From Chiloscyllium plagiosum (Eukaryota): DNA of 33,246 nt. Under the pieces are notes generated by a model, which was given only the letters and a program-made list of their open reading frames with translations, had not been told where the DNA came from and did not search any database. Position 1 is the stretch's first letter. Each line of letters starts with the position of its first letter. The DNA lies in assembly GCF_004010195.1 (NCBI RefSeq), contig NC_057718.1:31832204-31865449 (forward strand), written 5' to 3'. Positions 12,583 to 23,040 of the stretch are shown here, in pieces. Position numbers and translations under genes: made by a program.

Positions 12583-14859
12583 ATGATTTCAATGTGCAAT
12601 ATTTAATGGCACAGCACATTACAAAGTTAATGAGCAACAAATCATTACACTAAAAGTACTTATCTTCCCACTCTGTGCAATACAGTCAGACAAGAGACGG
12701 AATCAGAATTCTCTTTGAAGAGGAAGTACTTTGCCTTAAACTGTGCCCACTCTTGAACTGAATGAGATCTGCCACTTAGACAAAGCACAACTGCAAACAT
12801 AAACCCATCCCCTTCAATTACTGAGCACAGTGCATTCCATCCCAACAAGCTCAACTTTCCCAACTTTCTGAAAATATTGTAATCTCCAGCAACACCTGCA
12901 ATTAATTCTTTTACAAGGATCTGAGAAAGGATGCAGAACAGCCAAGTCATTTGATAGACAACATTTAATACCAGAGGATTCAAATCAGCCATTTACTTTT
13001 AAAAGTAGAGTTTTTGATGCAGACTCTCTTTCGTGTATTTTTTCATGGTACATTAGTAAAAATAAAGGCAACTCAGAGTAATCAGAATCTCAAGGACGCA
13101 TCTAAAGTTACAACATGGCAGGTACCTGATGAAATAGATTAATGCTGTTTGAATAGACAATAAGTGCCACTGGTTCAATGTGCCAATCAGGTAAATAATA
13201 TGGGTGCCACTGGACTACTTTCATTTCTGCAACCAGATCTTGCTGTTTTCACAGGCTTGTGTCTTTGAGTCCAAATTATCAAAATGTGGAATTGAATGCA
13301 AAACATAACCAACAGGCAGTGATATTGAAGAAAAAAAACAAATGCAACATTAGATGTACACAGACAGAGTCGAACCAAAACTAGGTATTTGAAACAGTCA
13401 GTAAAAATGGGTCAACAGATAGTTAATCATCATATTTTAGGTAAGCTGAGAATAGATGGTAGAGATAGAAGTACCTGATAATAGGGAGGAGTAAGTACAG
13501 GCCTTATATAGAGTTTCTAGCTACAGAAGCAATACTGTAAATTTTACTTTAAATTTAATAAAAGCTTATTTTGTCTTTTGCAAAAAAGCAAAACAGTTTT
13601 TTTCAGTTTTTTCGGTTCATTTTTATCCATCATAACTTCACTTCCTCAAATCTTTGACAGAATTTAATTTTTAAGAAGTTTATATTTTTAAAAATTGAAA
13701 CAAAAAATGTTCAATATAAATTAAACCAAACTATATAAAGGTTGTATAATTCATAAATTCCTTGTCCATGAAATCCTGAGGCAACACTACAAATGACAAT
13801 TTAAAAAATAAATAATTGCTCATAATTTACAGTCAGCAAGGAAGGAATGCTACTGGTCCTTCACCTTAGGGGGAAAAAAAGCTGCTTAAGACATTCTAAT
13901 AAGCTCTGGAGTGCAGACTCTCTCTTTTATGACATTGTATGAATTCAGCACCCTCAGTAAAAGCATCTATGAACCAAGTGGTAAAGAGGCTGATCAATGG
14001 ATCAGATGGAGAATCCTCATAGGTGGCATTACAAGCAGGATGGAACAAGAACTAAAAATTACAGTAAAATCACTGCATATGCAACAAAAATTTGAAATAT
14101 TTGCATGAATTAAAGAAGTTAAATGGAAAAATGCAAAAATGTCAAATCTTAATTTCTGTTTAGTTATAACCTTCAACATTAATTTTGTTTTCAGAGAAAT
14201 GAGACTCCATACTTGTAAAAGTTAGGACTAGAGAGTAGAGCAGTTATTCAACTTTAATTATCACTTCGTCAGTGGAAGGGCAGTTACTATTAATTGAAAG
14301 TTTAAGCCTTGTTCATTGGTCTTTTGTGTGATGAAAGTAGATGATTAAAGTCATGCCTTCACCAAGGCATCTTTGGAGAATGCAACAGCGCATTGTTAGA
14401 GAAGCAGGGTGTTCAGGCAACAAGTTCTAATTTCTGTGTTTACCTACTCATGATTGCTGTTATTTTGCCCAGTAATAACAGCACATGCTGACAGGCACGC
14501 CAATATTAGTACAGCAAAATACAGGCCATTATTCTTTCCAATTTGTCAGCTGCATTATATGTATTCAACACAAGATAAGAATTTGGCCAGTTAAACTGGG
14601 AAATATTGTTAGTATTATTGTATTCTTCAATGGTGCATTATATGAATGTCAAGAATCGCACAAGACAGCATCAGTGACAAGACTGACCTTCAACATCTGT
14701 TTTAAATAGTTATAACAAAGAAAACTTGCTTTAATGTTCAACATTTCCAACATTACCAATGTCTCTTTAAATAAATCTGGAAGGACCCAATGACTGCTAA
14801 CATGGGCTTCTCATCCAATTTCCTATTCCTTCATTTGAAGAAACATAACATGAGATTAC

Positions 14860-15635
14860 AGTGGGAATTCAGCAGAATGGTCTTAACAGCAACATTGGGG
14901 AGCCAAAGGTTGCTGGGAAAACCATATCAATGAGCTACCTTCACAGAAGAGATGGTTTGGACACAGTCAAGGTACATTGCCTCAAAATAGAAAGTAAGAG
15001 CAACAAATTCAGAGCTCCCTCTGGGATAACAAAGAACATAAGAATTAAAATTATCAATTGATCTTGAAAGTCTCAGCAAAAGTTGAGGAATGCAAGGTCT
15101 TGGTAGAAGTGGAGGAGAAGGCCAGGCTAAGGTTAAGAGACATTTTTCACAAACCAGTCTCCAGTTCTCGGTTGACGCCCCTTTTTACCAGGCTGCCACT
15201 CTTCAGTACGTGACTACCAACATTGAGTTGGTGGGCAACACGGCCCAGGACAATAAGAGGAAATGCATAATCCCCTGCCAGCTGCAGTTCACCATTCACA
15301 TCAAGGATGAGTTCCACAAGCTGTTGGGAGTAGTCACTATCACCCAAGGTGGTGTCCCGCTGCCTAAGAAAACTGGCCATCCAGCAAGGTTTATACCCAA
15401 GGAGAGTGTGAGATCAGAGAAATGAACATCAATTCAACAAAATAGATAAAAAACTAAGAGTGTGCTTATGACAGTCTTCAAGGAGGAAACAGAATTGAAA
15501 ACCAAGCTGAATGTAGAAGTTCAGAAAGGATGTGAAAAACCATTAAGAAAAGCAAACAGAGTTACCAAGAAGGGATTGGCAGCTAAAGTAAAACATAATT
15601 CCCAAACTCTTTAGTAGGCTTATCAATAATGCAAA
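14860..15635 (+). mobile_element. CR1 LINE ORF2 remnant (EN-RT linker), split by the H2A insertion at ~15060-15430
   Basis: Left part reads ATFTEEMVWTQSRYIASK*KVRATNS...; right part reads ECAYDSLQGGNRIENQAECR...RKANRVTKKGLAAKVK. Both resemble consecutive segments of recalled CR1 ORF2 (FKEEM.RVQSRYIP...; K.AYD...ENQ.EYRK...RKAKREYEKRLAANIK). Confidence 0.7.
15090..15425 (+). pseudogene. Degenerate histone H2A copy (intronless, open 111-codon frame, three in-frame deletions)
   Basis: ORF aligns to canonical H2A: MQGLGRSGGEGQAKVKRHFSQTSLQFSV ~ [68 protein letters not shown] ~ [54 protein letters not shown]; LPKKT. Many changes look like CpG decay (R>Q/H/C, A>T). Confidence 0.9.
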
Positions 15636-17989
15636 TATGGAAGGAAGGGGAGTTGGGAGTAGGGATCACAAAGGGATTTACGCATGGAGTAAGGAAAGAA
15701 GGGGCAGAAGCATTGGTGCAGAGGGGAAAGGAGGACGGGGGGAATATTATAACCAAAGCATCTATTCAAGTCTCAATTCTCTTCAACCTGTTTCTCTTTA
15801 AAACAAATCAGTATATTTGCCTGTAAAATTAAAGCAACACCTTGTTTATATACATCATCCTGCTGGAACATCAACTTAAAAAAAAATCTGCTACATCCCA
15901 TCTTCAGCCAACTGTGCAATATTTTCCAGGTTCTGACAATCACATGAATTAGTAAACCACGTTTTTGGTTTTTGACTTATTTTTAATTGTAAGCTTTTCC
16001 CTTTTCTCTTCCTTAGCGCTTGCTTGTAATAATCATCCCCTGTATTTGAATGCACAAATAATCCACACTTTTTGGTTTAACCCAGAAGAGTGATTTTTGG
16101 GAATAATTTTAAAACTGGACTTCATTAACAGAATGTTTGGAGAGAAAACAAAACAAAATGCTTCTGCTTATGGATGAAAAATGAGAAGAATGAAAGTTTG
16201 ATTTATCTTTTCCCCTATCCGTTACACTGCTATATGTGTAACATCTCTGATACAAGATAGTTTGTTACATTCTCAAACCAAAACGTCATATTTCTGAACT
16301 TCAAACTTTGCAAATGTTTGACAATCCTTTAACACTGAACATTCTCAGAGTTTTGTACCCATTTTAGCATCCATGATTAGTAAATCTAATGAAAACAACG
16401 ATTCCAAATGTTCATTTGAGCAATTTGTTTCAGTTACAATCTGTTCAAGCCAAGGCTGCAGTGCAAGTCAAAAAGCAGTTAAAATCTATACCACTGTTGG
16501 CGAGGGATAATGATTTATTACTGAAGTTGTTATGACTTGCATTGGGCAGAAACCCAATTAAAATCCGAATTAATAATGAAGAATCCAACAGAGAAGCTAT
16601 GAAAAAAAGATCTGGTGTTCTTTATGTTGGAAGAATACATAAAATCAAGAGAACATTCATTGCTAAAATGCACAGAAAGAAATATTTGTTTTTCATCTGA
16701 GATTAGTGTCAAATAAAAACCAGATGGTATTTATAAATGCAAAAAATATTAATTTAGTCTCACCATATAGTTTTTCACCATACTTAGTTTTAATAAATTT
16801 TCACATCTTCCCCAGTAATGCATTTTAGATTTTATGCACAATCTTTCCCCATTTGATATTTACATTTACAAGCTGCGCAACAGAGAAAATTGAATAGAGA
16901 ATGATGCAAATCTTCAAAATAACAATTTCTACTTCAATTTCTGTAGAATTCAGTGTAAAGTCAAAACAGATGTCACAATAAATCAATTTTGATGGTTCTA
17001 TAATTTACAGTTCTTTGAAGCTCTTCAGTCACTGAATATTTTTCTGACTTCTCTCTTGCTGCTCAAGAAATACTTCTCTTCCCAATAAGTGTGCCATCTC
17101 ACATACATGTTTATATTTCCTATTTCTTAGGAATATGACATCAGATTTCCTTCAGAGTAATTAAATGGAAAGGATTCTCTCCCTCGTTATGAGAACAAAG
17201 ACGTACATCGCACAAAAACATTGAACAGTCGCTAGCTTTATTTCCATGGACAGTAAGCCACTATATGTTTTTTTAAATTCAAGTTCAAACCCAGAATGTG
17301 GTTTTTAAATCGGTGGTTTTATTAAGTACAATGCAAGCCACTACAAGAATGATTTAGTTATGGATACTAGAGCATGCAGCACAAGATCTCCATGACCTGC
17401 AGTGCATTTTTGCAAACCCATTCACTGCACAGAAATTGCCTCATTGAGCCATCCCTCATCATTGAGATTTATATACTGAGCAGAATGATACTTTATTGAA
17501 TCATACATGAAATTGAGAACCATGTTTGGTCTCAACTTCCTCTGACTAAGTGGTGCTGGTGGAGGGGCACAGAAAGAATGTTAAGGCTGTTTGGTGCTGG
17601 CGCAATACATAGTAAAGACAAAGTTCATTGATGGATTTTAGTTAAAATGCTACTTGAAGATAGTAATTCTTGAAAAGATAAACAACAGCGCTTGACAAGG
17701 GGAATCCAGTTATAATAATCTTACATGGAAGACGTGGTAAACCGGGTAGTGTGGGGTTTAGTGGCAATGGAGATCGAGAAGATAGAAGGTAAGTCTCATC
17801 AAAGTGGGGGTTTCAAAGATAGAGTTACATGGAAAAGCAGAAGAAGCAGATGTGTCAATGATCTCAGTCATGGTGACCAAGAATTTAAGATAATGGCCAG
17901 CAAAAGAAAGCAATGTGGCTATCTACCTTGCAGGACGATCCTGATGCAACATGCAATTTTGCAAGGTACACTAGGTCTGAAAAATTGAC

Positions 17990-18460
17990 ACATTCAAGCC
18001 CACTTCTATTGCCATGACATCACTTGTATTTGTTCCTTCCTCAGTCCAATTACTGCAGAAACCCTCAGACATGCTTTCAACTCCAAATTCAAACTATTCC
18101 AATGCTGTCCTATTTAATTACTGAACTTATAAAAGCATGGGCTGCTCTAAAGTTCTGCTACAATCGTCATAGTCTGCACCAAGTCTTACTCACTCATCAT
18201 TCTCATACCAGTCCACTCACATCATTGAAGCAAAATTCTCATTCTTGTGTACAAATTAATTCACAGCCAACACTGGGAATTTTCTTCCTCTCCAGCAGAT
18301 ATACTTAGATCCAAAACTGTGAAATTCCCTTCCCAAACCTCCCCCAGCCTAAGTCAAGCTTTTAGTGCTTCTCCTAATATCGCCTGTAATTTGATATCAA
18401 CTTTTATCTGAGTATACTCCAGTTTTCCCATGATACTATGTGCTAGTTAAATGCAAACTA
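17990..18460 (+). mobile_element. Probable L2 LINE 3' remnant, very decayed
   Basis: CACCAAGTC...CTCA.CATC....AAAATTCTCATTCTTGTGTACAAA (KILILVYK) resembles the L2 ORF2 C-terminus. Confidence 0.45.
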
Positions 18461-18971
18461 TATCAGGTAATTTGAATATCCATAGCTCTGCACAGAGTAA
18501 TGTTTCTCATAATCGATATTTGTTTTCAGTTTACAAATTCACAGGTTGAGAAGCTCGACCTACATCAATATACATTCAAAGCATAGGACCACACTCTCAT
18601 CTTCCACTTTGAAACAGTGCAGTTAGTTTCAACTGCTGACTTTAAACTAGCTGTCAGTCTGCAGGAAAACAAGAGCAAAGAGTCTCACAACACCTAATTT
18701 GTCCCTATCAGTTGTGTTCCTAAAATTGATTATCTAATACTTCTAGTTTGTATTGTATTAAATAAAATGTAATTTTTTTCTGGTAATGTCTCACCAATGT
18801 CATAAAATGCTTTTATCAATTCATAAAGTGCACTTACAGAATATTCATCGCCTCAGTTAAATGTCTTTACCTGTTGTCTGTAGATCTTGTCAAATAATAT
18901 TGCTTTAAAGGACGCCTTTCAGTTCCAATAACAAGTATGGTAATGATAAAAAAAAACCGAAGAGGCCTTAC

Positions 18972-19079
18972 CAGTAGACAACATCCAGTGGAGCAAAATA
19001 TTTCCTGTTAATCAAGTCAGCTAAGAAAGATTCTGTCTCCCTGCAAGCAGTTCCATTACCAATAACGATGGTCGAACAG
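18972..19079 (-). CDS. SRBD1: SRBD1 internal coding exon (108 bp): [35 protein letters not shown](C/W)
   Basis: Contains the Tex-family [11 protein letters not shown] motif. Acceptor ..ctgaaag after a pyrimidine tract, donor TG|gtaagg, phase 2-2. I did not find the next exon (IVSEAGAS...) in 1-18971. Confidence 0.95.
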
Positions 19080-20992
19080 CTTTCAGCAGAAGAAAAAACA
19101 ATTACAATCAGAACTATATGCAAATTCAGAAGGCAATAAAAATGAAATTAAAATATTTATAAATTTAATCAACAAAGAAAACCTCTCTTAAAGAGTGCTC
19201 AGAAGAGAACAGACTAGATACTATACAGAAAGACTGCAAATTGCAACTGATCGTGTCAGCTTTCTACTTAATTTGTCCATATATGTGCACTCTATATTTC
19301 TTCTTGAACAAGTTTTGAAACATTTGCTTCAAAACACAACTCCATGACAAGATTTTGGTTTCTTTTGTAAAAGAAAAGCACCATCACAACATTTTTAGGG
19401 TCAATTATTAAAAGGTCACCCTTATTCAACTAATTTGTTGACTTATTATCTTAGTCCAATGTTAAATTTACAGTATATTGTATCAAAATATTAATAGTTA
19501 TGAGGTTCCTTGTTCAATCATTTTCTATTCTCAACTAGGCATTGTATTTATTTACATTTCTGTTTGTTTTCAGAAAGTACACAAAATTACAATTATTGCT
19601 TAACCCTCATTGTTCCAAATCATTTCTCATCAACTCTCTCCCTGAACCACTGCAATCTTTATAAACCAAAATATTAATTAAGTATTCATTTATCTAATTG
19701 GATTACAGGGATCTGAAGTAAAAGGATAAATTAATTACTGAAGGATTTTTCATTTCTCTGAACCTTTACTTAAAAATTAATTTCATGTATACACAATAGG
19801 AAAAGAAAATCAAGGTTGCAAGGCCTTTGTAAAGAAAACAATTCCACTAAATATATTTTTTTCGCAGATTTTGCTTCTGCAAAATAACCTGCTTAGATGA
19901 TTCATTGTTCTTTTGTTTCTTTGGATTCATCAAGTGCCTAAGACCTTTGTCTTACTATATTGTAAAAACCTGCGCCTACTCCCATGAACTGATATATACA
20001 CACACATTATATTACATCTGCATTGCAAATTATGGTGTGTGATTTAACTTTCAGGAAAAATATGAGATTCTTATGTGTTGCAGATAAAAGGTTAAGTCAC
20101 TGAAAGTATTGTCAATTTAAACCAGAATGATTTATATAAACTGGCTTAGTACATGCTTTATATTTTTAAAATTTCTGACCTTATTCGAGGAATTATTTTA
20201 CAGGATATCAACATTCTCCAATTGAATTGCACTTTCCTTGGCAACCATTATAAGATATTCCAATGGTAGGGTCATACCCATTTAAATTTACAGACATCAT
20301 TTATAACAATCACAACAATTGCCAGATTGGTAATACAGCTGGCCTACAAGTTCCTGTCGAGATCATTACATCTCCAACCTGAACTTCACTAAAGAAAGCT
20401 ATTTTTCCCATTCTCATCCATGAAAGAAAGTTACATTTGCAGTATCAATCCCATTAAAGACATTCACATATAAATTGCATTAAAGGGCAATCTTAATAAA
20501 ATACTGAAAATTACAGATGGTCTAATCGACAAATATGCTGAAAAGAACCTTTACAAAAAAATCAACTACTGAACACAAAATAAAGGAGCACTATATCTTA
20601 AATTTTAGAGTACTTCAGCAAAAATTTATCTATCAGATCAAGGACATCAGCTCCCAATATGAAGCCATCATTTATTCAGACATAAATGTCTTCTGAACGA
20701 CTTTGGCACAAAACACTTATCTTAAGAAACAAGACTGTGTCTGGGTCAGATCAAATTTATATTTCATTGGAAAATGCCACAAATAAACTTTCACTATTTG
20801 TCTTATTAAATTTAAGAGCAATTTTACCCCTTTTCTGTTTCACTATACAAACTTATGCAAAATATTTAAACAGAAGGAACACATTACGCATGCATACATT
20901 TATCACAAGTATTATTTCATTACCTGTGTCAAAACAGGTAATTATTTCATTTATTTGAAAATCAAATTAAAAATAAAAATCAATTATCACAC

Positions 20993-21083
20993 CTGTAATT
21001 ATGAAGCAAATGCCTTATCTTTTCAGCTTCTCGCTGCGCTCCTGGACCATGTATGTAAATCACATCAGTGTGAAGTATTTGGC
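20993..21083 (-). CDS. SRBD1: SRBD1 internal coding exon (91 bp): (G)QILHTDVIYIHGPGAQREAEKIRHLLHNY(S)
   Basis: Matches recalled SRBD1 QILHTDVVYLH...REAEKIK. Acceptor ..tccag, donor AG|gtgtga, phase 1-2 consistent. Confidence 0.94.
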
Positions 21084-21874
21084 CTGGACCAGTTAACAAA
21101 AGATCAGATCACTTTCTGAATTGCATGACAGGCAAATATCCATTATAACTACTGAGTTCTTTTTATCAAAAAAAGTATAAGTGCATTAATTTAATAACAT
21201 AATTTGCCAAGTGAAGTTTGAAAAGAACAATTAACAACAAAGATCACAAAATCTTGGACCGTAGAACAAAGCATGTATGTACCACCTTTTAACTCTCAGT
21301 GTTGAAACTTACTTCAAGATGTCATGATTGAAAAAAAATTGGGCCATAATGGAATGATCCAATGCATTCATTATGTTTTGCAAAACATAACCTGAGGTAC
21401 AGCATTAATAAAATATCATAACTGCATCCAAAGGTGGACTTGACAATGCTGCACCAACCTATTATTATACTGTCTGTTTAAGTGGGCACCATTTTTTCCT
21501 TTCTACAGTATCTAAATGGCATGACAACTCTTTATGGATTTGTGCTTGCAGCATTGCAATCTGACATTACCTTTTTGAAGTAAATCTTAAACTTACTAAG
21601 TATTAAAATCATAAATAGTCCTCTAATTAAATCCAAAATCAAATACTGAACACCTTAATTTTAAATTTAATTTGATTTCCATAACTACACTGTTCAATTC
21701 TTTGGACACAAACCTTTCATTGTTGCATTATAAATAAAACGCAAGAAACACCACTTTAATCAATTTATATTAGAGTGCAGGAACTATTCCCGAGATGTAC
21801 ACTGCAAAGATGTACATGGCTCTTCATGAAAACTTTGCATCTGTACCTCCCAAAAGAGTGAAGTGCAAGAGAAT

Positions 21875-22052
21875 AGTGCTGACTGAGTCATTGAATATAT
21901 TCAAGATTGAAATTGACATGGGAGTCAAGGATTGATAGGGTGCATGCAGGAAAGTGGAATTGAAGCCACGATCAGTAAGGCATGACTTTATTGAATGGTA
22001 CAGCACGGTTGAGGAAGCAAATGGGCTCCTCTTGACATTATGTTCTTGTGTT
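21875..22052 (+). mobile_element. CR1 3' end fragment
   Basis: GAGTCATTGAATATATTCAAG..TGA.AT.GAC...GGGAGTCAAGG...GCAGGAAAGTGGA.TTGA.GCCAC.ATCAG...CATGA.TTATTGAATGG, a typical CR1 3'UTR. Confidence 0.75.
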
Positions 22053-22084
22053 CGCTGATTTTCATCTTCCAGGTCTGAACAAAA

Positions 22085-22279
22085 AGACCAAAGAACCGTG
22101 GATGCTGGAAATCAGAAACTGGAACAGAGTGCGCTGGAAAAACTCAGGTGTGGCAGTATCAACTACATCTGAAGCAGGGTTACTGGACCCAAAATGTTAA
22201 CTCTGTTTTCTCTCCACATTTGTTGCCAGACCTGCCGAATGTGTCCAGCAATTTCTGATCTTGCTTCTGACTTTACAGC
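22085..22279. mobile_element. Palindromic PLE-derived mini-element (two inverted pLTR arms) with a decayed hammerhead at 22169-22199
   Basis: Left arm GCTGGAAATCAGAAAC..GAACAGAG..GCTGGAAAACTCAGG.GTGGCAG pairs imperfectly with right arm TTGCCAGACCTG..GAATGTGTCCAGCAATTTCTGATCTTGCTTCTGACTTTACAGC. The centre reads CTGAAGCA-GGGTT ACTG GACCC-AAAAT-GTTA. Confidence 0.7.
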
Positions 22280-22321
22280 CCTGTCTGGCTGCAGATGTGA
22301 TGTCAAGGGACTGAAAGACAT

Positions 22322-23040
22322 TGTTGTGGTTCTGTTCGCCGAACTGGGAATTTGTGTTGCAGACGTTTCGTCCCCTGTCTAGGTGACATCCTCAGTGCTT
22401 GGGAGCCTCCTGTGAAGCGCTTCTGTGATCTTTCCTCCGGCATTTATAGTGGTTTGTCTCCGCCGCTTCTGGTTGTCAGTTCCAGCTGTCCACTGCAGTG
22501 GCCGGTATATTGGGTCCAGGTCGATATGTTTGTTGATAGAATCTGTGGATGAGTGCCATGCCTCTAGGAATTCCCTAACTGTTCTCTGTTTGGCTTGTCC
22601 TATAATAGTAGTGTTGTTCCAGTCGAACTCATGTTGCTTGTAATCTGAGTTTCCGGCTACTTAGGATAGTTGGTTGTGTCGTTTTGTGGCTAGTTGGTGT
22701 TCATGGATACGGATCGTTAGCTGTCTTCCTATTTGTCTTATGTAGTGTTTTGTGCAGTCCTTGCATGGGATTTTGTACACTACGTTGGTTTTGCACATGT
22801 TGGGTATCGGGTCCTTTGTCCTGGTGAGTTGTTGTCTGAGAGTGGCTGTTGGTTTGTGTGCTGTTATGAGTCTTAGTGGTCGCAGTAGTCTGGCTGTCAG
22901 TTCAGAAATGTTCTTGATGTATGGTAACGTGGCTAGTCCTTTGGGTTGTGGCATGTCCTCATTCTGCAACACAAATTCCCAGCTCGGCGAACAGAACCAC
23001 AACAACGAGCACCCAAGCTACAAATCTTCTCACAAACTTT
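22322..23040 (-). mobile_element. Penelope-like element (Penelope/Poseidon-type), 5'-truncated: GIY-YIG endonuclease remnant plus pLTR, with an inverted pLTR arm (22965-23040) and a 14-bp TSD
   Basis: Minus frame reads LPYIKNISELTARLL...NVVYKIPCKDCTKHYIRQIGRQLTIRIHEH...*...REFLEAWHS...INKHIDLDPIYRPL (GIY-YIG with YIG>YIR and one premature stop at 22661). 22321-22363 is the reverse complement of 22963-23005 (42/43). TSD GGACTGAAAGACAT 22308-22321 / GGATTGAAAGACAT 23041-23054. Confidence 0.93.
22359..22398 (-). ncRNA. Minimal type I hammerhead ribozyme in the PLE pLTR
   Basis: Minus strand: GCA-CUGAGGA-U-GUCACCU AGAC AGGGGAC-GAAAC-GUC^UGC. The CUGANGA/GAAA/UH core is intact, stem II pairs GUC/GAC and CCU/AGG, stem I pairs GCA/UGC, and stem III is the minimal palindrome ACGU typical of PLE hammerheads. 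Confidence 0.8.

Noticed and set aside
15147..15380. 77-aa minus-strand ORF as an extra SRBD1 exon
   Set aside because: Antisense shadow of the H2A-derived sequence with no SRBD1 similarity.
1..18971. Next SRBD1 exon (IVSEAGASIYSVSP...)
   Set aside because: Not found by eye on the minus strand. It probably lies beyond the window start; a spliced alignment would confirm this.
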